A stretch of DNA of 61,369 nucleotides, filler included, from Choristocarpus tenellus KU-1152 (lineage: Eukaryota > Protista > Phaeophyceae): the NCBI GenBank assembly GCA_964200185.2. It is 10 parts of 10 records of this genome, joined end to end, with 100 filler letters (N's around TTAATTAATTAA, not from the genome) between each part and the next. Parts side by side here need not be neighbours in the genome. Positions count along the whole stretch, not along the records: positions 1 to 4,888 come from CAXNAD020012664.1; positions 4,989 to 18,712 come from CAXNAD020001394.1; 8 more parts are not named here. One strand, given 5' to 3'. Below the pieces are notes generated by a model that had not been told where the DNA came from, made no database searches, and saw nothing but the letters and a program-made list of their open reading frames with translations. A program made the position numbers and the translations under genes. The first letter of the stretch is position 1. Each line of letters starts with the position of its first letter. This document shows, piece by piece, positions 1-13,199 of this stretch.

Positions 1-564
1 ATCCTCATAGTCCCGCTTCATCCTCAATTTTGAGAATCTGCTGTTAAAAGCCAGTCCAGGGTCTCCAAGTTTGTGCTCTTGTATGCATGATCCTGCCAAA
101 CTGACCTATTGCCTTCGATTATGTAGTTTGAACTTGTATATAGTTCATTTTACCTTGAAGATGAATAAATGCACTTTGGAAGGTGAACTCAGTAAACACA
201 GAAGTGAGGATGTCGTTGCAGAACAAAGGACAATTGCTTGAAAGGCGTTGGGTCAATGGGAGCGTTGTCATTACATTGTCCTCCACCCATGGACAAAAAG
301 CGGGCATGAAACTGCTTTACCTATTGCTTGCCTTGGAAAATGATTAACCCTTGAGAGGCAGAAGGTATTTTTCCAATACGAGAAAATGTTCGGAAACAGC
401 ACCAGGTGAAGACAAAGAGCCAGACCAACTCCCAAGGTTCACCAAGGTTCACCGACCTCTGGGTCTCGTCATTATTGGCAGGAATTGACCCTACCTAGCT
501 CTGACTCCTTCCATCTTGGTCGTTTGTTCCTCATGTGTCACTATAGTGTTGAGAGTCGCCTCTA

Positions 565-871
565 GGATGAGACCAGTCTTAATTTTTTTTTGAAGGGTTG
601 CCCAACGAGTTAAACAACGATGGGCATATCAAATGAAAGCTCTGAATCTAAGCTATAACTGGTGCAAAGGAATTTTTTCGGAAAAAAAAATGGTAAGGTT
701 AAATTTTAGCCGAATGGTTTCGGCACAGCCTTGAAATTCTCCGGAATGAATTATCAAGACCAAACATATTTTTCCGAAAAATTTCGTTTGGACCAGAGCT
801 TTCATTTGATATGCTCATTGTCGTTTAACTCGTTGGCCAACCCTTTCAAAAAATCAAGACTGGTCACCACC
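565..871. mobile_element. Fold-back element/MITE with long terminal inverted repeats
   Basis: 571-645 (gaccagtctt...gggttgcccaacgagttaaacaacgatgggcatatcaaatgaaagctctg) is the near reverse complement of ~794-865. There is an inner inverted pair ttttcggaaaaa/tttttccgaaaa. No clear TSD. Confidence 0.75.
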
Positions 872-899
872 AAAATGGTACGTGGGCTAACCTCGGCTT

Positions 900-1240
900 A
901 ATACTGTTTAAGCCACTCACAGAACACGATTCTGGTTGAGCATCTTGGAGAACACTGCTTGATGCTTCCAAAGTACCACTGAGAATTGAACCCGGTAGAG
1001 ATAGTATGGGAGCGGGCGAAGGACTAGGTACAAGGTCATTGTCACTACACGTTGCCTGGAATGAGAGCCAACATTCTTGTCAGTCTTAAGGATGAAGGGG
1101 GGTTGACCGTAATGTTTGTGGAGAGGTTCTTCAGGTTGAGAATTGCTTACCGCCTCATAATATTCCAACGAGAAAGGCATGAAGTATACCAAATTGGACA
1201 GGGTGTACAAGACATTGAAGTCTCACAGGAGGCCTGCACC
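900..1240 (+). pseudogene. Relic C-terminus of a Tc1/IS630-like DDE transposase
   Basis: Translates as LPKYH*ELNPVEIVWERAK...CHYTLPGM, then after a frameshift VYKTLKSHRR. This matches the LPK(F/Y)HCELNPIE..W and terminal KSHR motifs of fungal/oomycete Tc1-like transposases. Contains in-frame stops. Confidence 0.65.
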
Positions 1241-2162
1241 TTAAGAATACCTCATTTGACTTGGCATAGATTGTCTGGCTCAGAGGCCTGGGCCCCCATA
1301 AGTGAGCCTTGGCCAGCAGGTGACAACATCACATAAACGGGAAATAATGGAAAGAGAATAGAGAGACAAAAACGCCCATGTTCTCCGGGTGAAGCTGGTC
1401 TCTTCTGGCGTCAAAATCATCCTTAAATGCGCGGTTCGCGCGCTTCCCCGCGAGGACTACTTGATTTAAGTATGGTCCTGTATTTCTCAAGATTACCGTA
1501 GGTTGACCAACCGAGACCTATCAAACAAAGGTTAACCATGCTGATGCGATCACAACAAACTAGTTTTCATGATCACAACAATTCGTTGTTGATCAAAAGG
1601 TATGGCACCACAAAGTTGATGGAGGAGGCGACTGCCAACACTGTATGAGGAGAGTCTTTTGTTTGTTTCGTCTGTTTGATCAGAGCAACCACTCCACTCT
1701 TAGGCTTTTTTGTATAGTGCTACGAGATGAAAAGACTTCATTCAGAGGATTTTTTTTTTTAGGAAATAGAAAGCGTGGTTCTTTGCCTCTTTGGCTACTC
1801 CTTAGACAAATACCGCTAAGGTAATTCCATTGGCTCGGTCATCAGTAAAGGAATGTTCATAATCCGCTCGCTGATGTACTCTACATCGTGGGCGATCTGT
1901 TTCAGGGTTTTCTCATTCACTGCTGTTCACTCCAAGAGTACCTTGCCAGCCACCTCTACTAGTTAAAAGAGTATGTACTTGGTCTCAGAACGTTCAAGGC
2001 AAGATGCTCCACATTACCTTGTCTTTTGGAGGTCAATTGTATCACATTCACAACCACAAGCCCATTTCATCAGTAGGTCTACATGCCCCTCCCTGTCATT
2101 GCCATTGCTATGGTTTTGCTTTCCAAGTAGTTACCATGAGCTTCCTATTCCGAGAATCTGAT

Positions 2163-2442
2163 GACCCAAAATATCTGGGGGGGGGGGGGTATGATCTACA
2201 CCAGGGTGNNNNNNNNNNAAAGTAGTTATCTTGGGTTCCTGTTTTGGTCAAACTGATCCACCACATTATTTGGGGGGGGGGGGGGTATGATCTACACCAG
2301 GGTGCCCATTTGGGCCAAAACCAGGAAAAGTGCCCTTACATGATCCATCCCACGTATGCAACCAAATCGCTCAAGAATCGCAACATGAAAAAATTGACCC
2401 CAAATGGACGGCCGTCACCCCCCCAACCAGACACTTTGACCT
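2163..2442 (+). mobile_element. Sola2-like MITE, family B (G-run TIR)
   Basis: Ends gacccaaaatatctgggg... and ...ccagacactttgacct, with 4-bp TSD TGAT on both sides. The interior matches 26793-26969 and 46480-46661. Spans an N-gap with a duplicated segment. Confidence 0.75.
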
Positions 2443-2900
2443 TGATTCCCTAAGTTATGTTGTTCTCTATCTGCTGCACAATGTGCTAGGTAGTACCTCC
2501 TTTTCTCTCGAGCTTTCTTTATCTTCATCCTTACTTGGCTAAACTATCCCCTCCTTGCATTCCTAACTTCTCAAAACAGGGGGAATCCATTCCGCCTATG
2601 GGGAACAACCGTTGTCGAACTTTGGATATATTCGTAATGCGGTGTTCTGCAAGGAGACTACCAGAAACCTTATTCGTGTGTTTGTATAAAGACGTCTAGG
2701 GACATTGCCACCGTCATCCCTCCCCCAACCCACCCATACAGTAATCCTATTTATTGCAGATGTGTTCTTAGTTTCTACTTTGAATTAATATAATCACAAA
2801 GGTATACCTTGGAGTGGAGTTGGTCCAAGTTGCTCTTAATATATGTATATTTCGAATACCTACTGAACCATCATTGCTTCACCCAGCATAGAAAGACGTG

Positions 2901-4888
2901 ATGTCGACGCCCTCGGAAGCAAGGAGGGAGGTGCGCAAGAAGAAGATACTCGAGCGGAGCCAGGGCATACGAAATGTGGTACACGACCTAGCCATGACAT
3001 CCAACCCAGTTACTGATGGAGAAATTGCAATCCTAGATGAAGGAGTGCCCACTTCAGACGTGCCCGAGATTGCCGATGAAGGCAAGTCCGAAGCCAGACT
3101 TCTGGCGGAGCGTCGACGACAAAGGATTCTAGGGAGGAGTTCTGAGAGAATGGCTAAAGTGCAAGGGGACCGAAGAATCGTTAGCGCTTCTCCACCAGAC
3201 GTGGCAATTGATGTGGGGCAGTCAAGCGAGGTGAAAGATGAAGACTGGCGTTGAGGAATGTGTTGGGGGCGGATATCCGTGGTGTCCTTTCGTCTGACAA
3301 CTGATTTCATTTCAATCGATCCCGACCCACATCCTTATTCTGGAAATTGTGTGAGGGGAGGTCTTACGCTCGATGGCGTGTCTCTGTCGTATCTTGTAGA
3401 TGCGGAACCTTTTGAGTTGTTTTTCTGTAAGCACTGGAAACGGAGAAAAGTTCTCCTTCTGGTATCCCAAGGCTGCACAACTATCTTACATATGCTGGTA
3501 GACTCGGGGAACCAATCCACTGTGCCTTTGTAGCCCCTGTCTGTGGCCATTCGACTGCTTCTGTGTGTCTAGTCCCCTCATCCGTTTTCACTTTTCGTTG
3601 CCAAACAATCCCCCCTACTTCCTATTATCCTTCACTCCCATGATCTATACCTGTCTCCTCTACACCGAGATCTATCTCCCATCTATCCCAGCCCACCTCA
3701 AACCAACCTTGTTATTGACCTCCATCGTACCAAATTGCCATCCCTTGGATTCAAGATGTCGGGAAGTACGGATGAGGGAATGGAGCCCTCAGAAGTGAGT
3801 GATTCAAGCTTCCACAAGAAAAACATAGCAGAGGAAAAGCCCAACAGCAATCCCACAGCTCCCTTGTTTAAACCTGGTGACCGGTCTGCCAAAGAAGGAA
3901 AGGATGTGGAAACTGCTGTAGGTGTGCCAATTGCAGAGGGTAAGCCAGTGTTGAGGGTAGTATCTGCAATGCCTGTTGACCTTGGACCGAACAGTACTGA
4001 TGGGACCAATACTGAATCGACGGGTAAGCATTTTGTTCTTATTTGCTCACCGTTTAGTATCTGCTCTTATCTCCCAATACTGTATTTTATTAGTGCACAG
4101 GTATGATGAAAGACATAATCCATTCGCCTGGTCTGAGTCCTTTCCGTAGTGACTGAATCGGTATAACCACTCTAGAGTTAATATTCACTTTGGTATTACC
4201 CACTGTCGTTTTAGGTACCCTGCTTCACCTTTGTCCCTCCTCTAGGCTGTAGTAGTTCTTTAGTTTGTGAAGTTAGTACAAGCAAGATGTTTGTGTTGGT
4301 TCCGGTTAGTAGTTGAAGCTATGCATTGCAGATATTGTGACTGGTAGGGTGCGGCAACTGCTTGGTCTTCTGTGATATTTTTGAACTAGGTGTGGCGGGG
4401 TGAAGGGGGTACATGATTTGAAGTGTCTTGAGTATGACCCCATAGAATTGCTACAGAGAGGCCATGGGTGTTATTGTGGTAGAGGGCAGATACATTGGTA
4501 TTTTGTGGGAAGATGTCAACTTGGTCAACGTATCCAAAATTCTGGGAGGGCAGCGTTGTGAACATTGGTGTGTTCCGATTGCAGACCTACCTCTAGTCTC
4601 TCTGTGCTATATTTTTGTTTTCAGTGGGTACAGTATAGACCACCACTCAGCAACTCCCCACCATCGGAAATTTCCCTGTGCCTTCCAGTACCGGTAACTA
4701 GTGCAGCCGTCGTAGCAGAGAGCAAGGCCCCTATCACGCCAAGGCCACCAGGAAGACCTACAGGACAGACTGCTGGGGCAGGGGGTGGAATGAGAGGAGG
4801 GCGTAAGGCTAGGGCGGTCAGCAGGGGCAACCAGGCGCTTAACAGGCAAGGTTTTGATGCAGAAACTGTGAAAGCTCTCTCGGGGGGT
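2901..4888 (+). CDS. GET2/CAML-like tail-anchored protein insertion receptor (5' part; exons 2901-3230, 3756-4023, 4689->gap)
   Basis: GT-AG introns with consistent phases (0, 1). The motif ERRRQRILGRSSERMAKVQG resembles the Get3-binding motif of CAML and plant GET2 (RRR.IL..(S/G).(E/D)R...I.G). A low-complexity linker follows. The C-terminal TM helices are not in this contig. Confidence 0.6.
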
Positions 4889-4988
4889 NNNNNNNNNNNN
4901 NNNNNNNNNNNNNNNNNNNNNNNNNNNNNNNNTTAATTAATTAANNNNNNNNNNNNNNNNNNNNNNNNNNNNNNNNNNNNNNNNNNNN
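4889..4988. other. Artificial 100-bp contig linker (also 18713-18812, 25620-25719, 31952-32051, 37382-37481, 40258-40357, 45322-45421, 50334-50433, 55275-55374)
   Basis: The same N-run/TTAATTAATTAA/N-run structure occurs nine times. TTAATTAATTAA places stops in all six frames. Confidence 0.97.
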
Positions 4989-5060
4989 CACGTAAAAATC
5001 GCGACATGAAAAAATTGACCCAAATGGACAGCCGCCACCCCCTCCCAGATACTTTGAGCC
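4989..5060 (+). mobile_element. Family B MITE right end at contig start
   Basis: aatcgcgacatgaaaaaattgacccaaatggacagccgccaccccctcccagatactttgagcc matches 2376-2442. Confidence 0.8.
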
Positions 5061-5737
5061 AGAGCTGCATGGCATGTGGAAATCAGTTGAGGAGATGAGA
5101 GATCTATTGGTCTCAGAGGGATAAGCTGGTTGTGTGATGCAATGGACAATAGAAGAAGGTGATATAGAGAGAGTGTACAGGCAAGGAGAGATGAGAACGG
5201 GCATTAGTGCACCATGACAGTATCAGGTCAGCCGAACAACAATGCAATTGGATTTGAATTGTCACATTGCTCCAGTGGATCGTTTCTGAAACAACTTAAA
5301 GTGGACATGGAGAGGTTTGAGTATACATAGATATTGTTGGCAGAACATGATTTCACCCCTTTTGTAGTTTAATCACTCTAGTAGATATATACCCCTGCCT
5401 TCACAGAAATGTTAGACCTCCCCCAACTCCTGTTATACTCTCTAAACTTAGTCTAGAACTAACCATCATCCCCAAACTACCCACCACTAAACACCAACCC
5501 CAATTGATCCATTTTAAGTCCAACCTGAAAAACTCACGCAGAGGTAGAAACAGACACAAACCCTGATTTTAACCCTATTTCTCACTCCAAAGTCATGCTC
5601 CCTTCTCCTTCTTTCAATTTCTTTGGCTTCCATGGCCATTCAATCTCATCTATCCTTCTGAGCATCTATCCTCCATCTATAATACCATAGACAGGACCTG
5701 TTCACCATTGACAGTGCTTCGCCTGACCCTGCCATAC

Positions 5738-8700
5738 CTCTACCAGCCGAGGTTGAGTCAGCAGGAGACGAATCACTGAAACAATGTCTTTCTGCTTTAC
5801 CAGATGAGCGTGGGCACTCTCAAGGCTGGCAAGGTTAACAACACAGGAAGCCAAGCACGCCAGGGTGCTGGGACGTCTGGCATTCCACTTCGCAAGGGGT
5901 AGGAGCATGTCTAATACCCCAAGCTCAGGCAATCGGGACAAGCAGGCCGGCACTGAGGTTAGGCCCTGCATGGCCATGCAAACAAACGTCTTGTGCCAAC
6001 ATGGGGTTGCAGGTTGAACAGTATCAAAGGGCTATTTTGTGCGTATACAACATTTGAGCATTTGGATAGTTAGCGGAGCAATGATGTGGAGAAGGATCTG
6101 TATTAAGGGGTTACCTATGTTGGAATGGGATGACAAGTGGCAAAACTACTTCTATGGCCCAACCTTGGTGTTTTTTCAGGTTACAAAAAATCCTCACTGC
6201 ACTTGCTTTTAACACAAGTTGTGCACCATTGCCTTTCACAGCATTGACAAGGATCACTCACAGCTACTGCACACCTCTCAGACGAGTAAACCACTCTCCT
6301 CTGCCCCCTCTGTCGTTGGGTCCCACTTCATACCCTCATTAAGCTTTCACCTGAACAGATTCACTCTCATTCTTGGCCAAGTCCTCCAAGGCAGAACATA
6401 ATGACATTAGGTACATATCCAGCTTAGGTGAAAATATTGATGTCTCTGAGGATAGGCCACAGAGATTGAGGATCCCCTTGGCGCTGACTACCTGCCCCCC
6501 ATTAAAATGGAGTTAGGATCGGAGTTGGGATAGACTGAAGTCCCCCAGGTGATTGTGCGGTGACAATGCAGAGTGGGATCAAAGCAGAATATTGACTGAA
6601 ACATGAACTATGAAAGATGCGTGCTTTCAATTACAGGAGGTCTGGAATAAGGTATACAGCAGAGACATTAGTCGCCCAGACAGGATAAGGTAGCACAAAA
6701 CTACACAGCCCAGGGTTCCATCAGCAAGTGCAAGGAGTTTGTTCAAGAATTCCTTGAGTCATCCCATAGTAGAAAAGGGTACCATTGAGTATTTGAGGTG
6801 CCTGTAACTGCCTTATTGTACATGTGTTTCTAGTACTCTGGAGGACAAATTCGCGCTTAAGTGGACAAATGTTCTACAGTCACACTTTTCAAGGGTGGTT
6901 TGTGGAATTTCAGGCATGGGAAAAGGATTGTCAGGAGAAAGTTTGGAAGTCCTCAATACTGGGAAGGGTCATAATAGACCCCCCACTAGGAGAGGATTAC
7001 TCTTCTCCGACTCTGCGATACTGAGCCTACCCTTGGTCATGTGTTGAAGGTATGAAAGGTAGGATATGGAAGAAATAGTGCAGGTATGGAGTAAGACCAA
7101 GGCTGTGCTCTCTAACGAGTCAAATTATCTTTGAGGGTAGAGTCGCATCCGTTTGGGGGTCAAAACCCAATGGTGCGATTTTGACGAAATTTTGGCTATT
7201 GTGTTTGTTAGGAAGTGTCATTATCCTTGTTCCGAACACACATTTTCATAGTGTATACATTTTACCTACTCCGAAGCATTTCGGAGAAGGAAAATGTCGT
7301 AAAAGACCCGTGAGAAGTCAAGCCCCAAATGGACAAACAGGGCAACACTCGTACCCTCTAAGATACTCTTACTCTAACCCAAAATCTAAGTCTAACCCTA
7401 ACCCTATTGTACTTCATGTTTCTAATTCTGATAAATATCAGGCAAGAAAAACAAACTGCGATGTACATTTCTGAGTGAAGTTTTGCCTTGCTTGCACTTT
7501 TAGTGTTCTATGTGTGCCTCCCTCTAGAACATTTGTGGGCAGGATGTCTTTTGTGTGTCATTGCATTGGGGAATTCTGGTCACAGAAGTAGAAGGTGACT
7601 AGAAGGTTTATTTGCTCACACCTTCAGGGTAGGTGAGTGACGTTGCAGATTTTGTATCAGTGCCTGTGAGGTGTTGTCCATGAACAAGAAGGAATGGTTG
7701 CGCCACTCATACGTGCAACGACATAGAGCAGTAGCAACATTCATAGCTGTGACCAGTTCATTAACACCAGCTTTGTTTAGCAGGCAAGACAGAACCTTGT
7801 GCATTTAAACAGAGCAAACAAGACATGATAGAACAAATAGTTTACAGGCAGCAGGGTCCAGATGAGCACAGGTGGGTTTGGTAGACGCAGGAGAAAAGGC
7901 ATTAACGGAGGAGAGGCACCAAAGTGGGTGGAAATGAACTTGGCAGGAAAGGCAGTCGGAAAAGGGGAAGTGACTATCCTTGAGAAGACTCATTTTCCTT
8001 TCCTCTGTGGAATATTTCACGGTAATTGGTTTAGGCTATCACAAAAACTATTTCTTAGGTTCACTACTGCCCTTTGGAATGGAGTATTATGTTAAGAGCA
8101 AAATTAGTTTATAGCATGGATCACCATGAATTATATAAGTGGTGACCTCAACTCGAGTTTAACCAAACCTGGTGCCCACCAGCCTGGACCAGAGCGTGTG
8201 TGATGGCCTCAGTAGTGGTAAGGTTGACGATGCATCCTGATACTAGTTGCCTGATCTGGACACTCTCCACCTCCATGAGCTTTGCTAAGGCCACTACAAT
8301 TCCGTCGTCCAACAACTTCATCTGGAATAAATAGGAAAAGGGATGTGCGGGAAGGAATAGAAGAGGTAGGAAAGACAAGAAATCGATTTTTTATAGATGT
8401 TGATGAAGCAATGATCACAGAAAAGAGGTATCTTGGGTGGGGTAAAGGGAGAGAGGTGAGAGTGAGGTCCAGTAGTAGGCTTCTCATTCCTGAGTCCCTT
8501 CTGAGTGCGTATACCTATGTCTGAAAGCATGAACTCCTCCATATCTTTCATCCCTCCCATTTGGCCATGTTCAAGTGAGTCTATCGTCTTCCAGGCCTTC
8601 AAAAACAGTAAATTAAAAATGTACATTATTGAAGTACCTACAACTCACCTCTGTTTCCGCTTCCACTGACAATCGGTACAGTGCTTGCGCTGCCTTGATC

Positions 8701-11051
8701 TTCAGCATCATACAATAATTGTCGCTTGTGTCATCCAGGTTGTCATGCGAATTCAACTTGCTTCCCCCTAGCCCAGAACCCTTGGTAGGGGATGATGACA
8801 TTCTGCAACCTCCATCCATATCTTCCCTCCTCCCCCTATCCCCACCACCACCAAGTCCCATCAAGCGTGTGCTGGTGTTGTGTGGTATTAAGCCTGATAT
8901 CTTGTTCGAAGATCCTAGATTTGGACCATATCGTCCCCCACCGACTCCAACATTGGACCGCCCTGCACCGTTCACAACATGGACACTCTTGCCACTAATC
9001 CTGCCCCTATCATCACCAGCAGTGTGTGGCCTCAGTTGCAAGATGTCACCCATCCTCCCAGAGTTTTCACTTTTCACACCCATTCTGCTCATCTGGATCA
9101 TACCTGGAGTAGTGTCAAAGTTGATGTGACCGAAGAGCATACGCCCTCCCCTGTACGGTCCAAAAAGGATGCTTACCTAGATTACTCACCAAAGAGACGT
9201 AATCCATGTCCCGAGTGTTGCAGGAATGGTGAGGATGTAGAGTTAGCAAGAAGAGCATCGGCAGTAAAGACTGCAGATCAATTGCATCCACACTTAGACC
9301 ACCAGAAAAGGAGTCTTGCCCTCGCTAGCATGGTCTTTGTGTGAGGCTATGTTTTCATATATGTTATCGAATGACATAGTAGTGATTAAACGGCTGTATC
9401 TCTTCCAGCTTTGTTCAAAGACTGTGGGGAGAATTGCATTTCGAAATATAAATATGGTTCAGGAGCCTGCTTTTATCTTTTGGATTGTAATTTTATCCCT
9501 ACCCATCTATGACAGCAGCGGTCCAAAACATAAAATTTATCAAGACTCACTTTCACGTAGGTGATATAGCAATCCAGTTGTTGAGTTTTAGAGGCGTTAC
9601 CATCAGCCATTTCAAAATAACAGCTTAAAACAAAATAATCCCTATCCATCTATGACAGCAGTGGTCCAAAACATAAATTATATCAAGACCAACCTTTCCC
9701 GTAGGTGATATAGCAATCCAGTTGTTGAGTTTTAGAGGCGTTATACCATCAGCCATTTCAAAATAACAGCTTAAAACAAGATAGAGCTTAATATCCCCAC
9801 AAGCAATAACACGTATCCTCATTGTTTGGCACTTCTTTAGTTAGTAGAGAGCACACAAGGACTGTAAATTCACGGTCACTTTGTTTGGTCCAATGATGAA
9901 GTTACTCATTAAAAATGTTGATAGTGTACAACTACATCATGACTTTATGCATTGATTGCTGGTACCCCAAAACGAATTTCAAGTACTGCTGCATATTCTG
10001 GATAGTAGAATACGATCTTCTTGCACTTGACGTCCTCATTTCCTTTATGCTCACCTTTGCACTGGTAGGGCGATGTTGGTGCTCAACTGGTGGACGGGGT
10101 ATGTTGGCCTTTGCCCTGCCCCTAATGGTGGCACCAACAGAAGTAGATTCTCCGCTTACATGAGTCTCTCCTGAGAAGTTTTGTTGGCCTGATACACGAG
10201 ATTGGCCTCCCACACTCATGTCCCCGACAGATGGATGCTTATCCATGTTTGATCCATTCGAATACCTGCTTCCAATCGCGGCTGACCGTTGCAACCCTGC
10301 TCCAGAGGCGGTTGTTATTTCTCCCAGTGATGCAAGGCTAACCCCATCCCTCTCCCCGAGGTTTTGAAGACCTGGGAATGAGGCCGTCGTAGGGGACCCT
10401 AGCTTATTATATGTGAGGGGGGCCCCAGTCACTGTGGTGTTTCCATCTGAACCTGTGACCACGGATGTATGTCCAATTCCTCCACCAACCGAACCTGTAT
10501 CAACCCCTCCCCTACCTCCAGCACACAGAGCCCCACTTTGGACACCGAGTGTACCTTTTCGCCTTGTTTCCCCGATGGAAGGAGTCAGCGAGAGGAAACC
10601 AGCATTGTTCCGCACGTGGCGTTTGAGCACTGATATTAGGGCGTCCTCAGTTGTGTAATCTCGCCAGAAACCCGGAATAGATTTGTGAAGACGGAATCGC
10701 TTAGCTAGCTCCTTGAGATTGTCTACATTAATTGGGACCGTCGCCACACGGCAGTTCTTGGAAAAACAGCCTTAGCAGCAACGACGATGAGAGGGTAGAT
10801 GCGGTCGAGAGTAACAAATACGAGGGATGGTAATGGAGGACTCATTTACGTATCCTAGATGGCAAGTCCAACCTAGATTTGGAGTTCTTTGCAACAACAC
10901 AAATCTATGGAAATAATTCCAGGGGGAGGCACGCACTATATTTCTTCATCCAGGGACGGAGGGATTCCCTATCCTCCATTTGGCGCAACTCTGTGAGCCG
11001 GGCATCCCTGTTGATCACACAAATGGGTTTCTTCCTGAGCGAGTCCCCCAT
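5738..11051 (-). CDS. Armadillo/HEAT-repeat protein, 5' part (exons 11051-10937, 10770-10055, 9176-8649, 8321-8169, 7795-7622, 6491-6351, 5965-5738)
   Basis: Seven exons join in frame through GT-AG sites. ARM-like segments include AAQALYRLS, GIVVALAKLM...VSGCIVNLT, SAKGILNLC and ASCVVNLAS. The 3' end is missing. The exon 3 acceptor is weak. Confidence 0.8.
7117..7374 (+). mobile_element. Sola2-like MITE, family A (~258 bp), intronic
   Basis: TIRs gagtcaaattatctttgagggta / taccctctaagatactcttactc with TSD TAAC. Confidence 0.9.
9495..9779 (+). repeat. ~140-bp tandem duplication in an intron
   Basis: atcccta(c/t)ccatctatgacagcag...aaataacagcttaaaacaa occurs twice, back to back. Confidence 0.9.
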
Positions 11052-11473
11052 CTTTATGTTCAGTGAGGAATCATCCGAGGTGGAAGAACCAATGGTTCGC
11101 TAATTGAGAGATGGATGACTTGGCAATCCAAGCATCATGATCTTGTAAGAGATGGTCAAAATATGTATTCACAGCACGATCGGTGTATTTTTGGCCGAAG
11201 AAAACAACTGAACGTTTCTGCCGTTACCACCAACAAATGCACAATTTGGATTTGGAGGAGAAAAATTGTATAATCAAAGATCGTTCGTGGAATGTTTTGT
11301 AGAAAATTTAAATCAACATAATATCATAAATCAATATTTGACATGGTAGTAGGTTGAGGTTGAGAGTGTACTGATACTTACAACTCTCGCCTACAACACC
11401 CACTTTCGAACACAGCCTCCACTAATTGTTGTGTTTGTTACCGAAAGGAGAGCACTGTCTTCTCAGGTGTAGG

Positions 11474-12439
11474 ATGGAATTGTGGTTGGTGCGACATGGA
11501 GAACGTGCCGATGAGGTTTCTGGTGTTGAGGGGGAAAGGTGGAGGCGATCGGCTAGTGCTCGTCAGAGATGGTACGACCCTCCTCTTACGCTAACGGGCC
11601 ACCATCAGGCTCGACAAGCGGGACATTTCCTCGGGTATCAGCTCAACAACATAGGCTTTACTCGAATTTACACTTCACCTCTTCTGCGTGCCGTGGAGAC
11701 CTCCATAAACATCTCCAAGGAGCTTGACGGACTTCCTGTGCAGGTCTTGGTTGGGCTTTGTGAGTGCGCTAGTGCGGTCAGGTTAAATGGAGTAGAGAAT
11801 ATACAGTTGCTCTCGGATGTAGATATACGAAGACAATTTCCGCAGGTCAACTTGGTCCCAAGAGATGCTTCTGTACCAGAGACTTTTTTGGGAGCCTGTG
11901 ATTGGCTGGCGTCAAGGTCGGAGTCCAGGGTGAGTGATGATTGAAACTCTGATGCTCTAGACTCACCTCCCATCTCTCTCTCTGATTACGCTCTGTCAGT
12001 CATGTCGAATCATGCAATGGGGGCTCTCTTGCAATTGAACTAGAGTAGCTGCCGCGTATCATCCAGAAAATGCCCAGGTTCAAATACTTGCTGTGATGGC
12101 ATAGTGCATTGAAAGGACATTTACAAGCAAATATCGGATGCTCGTCGACCTAGGGAAGGGTACCCTCAAACTGGGACAACTCCCTCATGGTGCATATGAT
12201 TTTTTCCCTGCTCCCAGATATTGGCAGTGGCACATCGTGAGGGCATACGGGAGTTGGTGGGTCAGACATTTGCTACTCCATACTGCTCTATTGGACGCTT
12301 TTCTGTAGAGATGAACGTAGGTGGCAACGGTGTCAGTGAAAGTTACGCTGTCCCTGTCCCATCGTATCGCATCCTGCAGCTTCTGTCATCGAGGGGCCAC
12401 ATATTGTGTGTACCGGCAATTTCTACAGTCCCAAATTAA
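11474..12439 (+). CDS. Histidine phosphatase, branch 1 (phosphoglycerate-mutase family); exons 11474-11929, 12218-12439
   Basis: Motifs LWLVRHGERAD, YDPPLT..G..QA, IYTSPLLRAVET, GLCE and AVAHREG, with a phase-0 GT-AG intron. Confidence 0.9.
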
Positions 12440-12573
12440 AGCATCTTGGAAGGACCAGGACGCCCTGAAACGTCAATATCATTTAAGAATATCACTCCTT
12501 TAGCTGGAACAACAGAATGTAATCTAGTCAGATATGGTGTTATTTCGAGAAGGGCGTGTCAGAAGTGGGCAAT

Positions 12574-12847
12574 GAGTCAAACCAACTAAGAGGTAGGCAG
12601 GGTTGCATTTCAAGGATCCCGAGAAAGGGCGAAAAGAAGCAATTTTGTACAATTGCACAAGAAACCTTTGCTGAATTGTGGTGTCACTTGATATATGGAA
12701 AGGAGGGCCATTAATTTTGCGTACATTATTCTGCACATAAGGTAATAAAATGGGGTGTATTACATAGAAGTATGGGTGAATTGCAAATATTTAAGAGTGG
12801 CTTATATTGCAAAGCGACCAAAAACTGGGTACCTCTTTCTTTGACTC
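12574..12847 (+). mobile_element. MITE family C (GAGTCAAA ends)
   Basis: TIRs gagtcaaaccaactaagaggtaggcag / ctgggtacctctttcttttgactc. The interior is homologous to 35557-35811 (reverse) and 51374-51614. Confidence 0.75.
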
Positions 12848-13199
12848 ATTGAACAGGGCAAGAAAGAGGGTTTGGAATGCAAAAGGGTTCATAACTCCCT
12901 ACATTTCAATTGATTTGACCCCAATAACTTCTACCTGGTGAATAAAACCCGTCACCAGACCTGCAGAAAGCAGCTGCAAGTGTTGAGAAGCTTGGTGCAT
13001 GTAAGGCTTGTCGCCGAAAGCTAGCAGTTGAGTTACATGGTAAAACATATACTGAATCATTAATTGCCCGCCAGTTCGTGGGTTCTATAAAACCATTCAG
13101 TTTGATCTCCGTTTTGTTGTGATTTTCCTTCGGATTTGGTCCAGACAGGGGGTGGAAGAACAAGATGCGTCCAGATGATGGAAAATGCCCTTACATCTG

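Noticed and set aside
2219-2298. Apparent tandem duplication of 2125-2208
   Set aside because: It sits next to an N-gap and a G homopolymer and looks like an error-rich re-read, so it is probably an assembly artefact.
4933-4944. TTAATTAATTAA as a biological repeat or CRISPR-like unit
   Set aside because: It is always centred in N-runs and is an artificial six-frame-stop linker.
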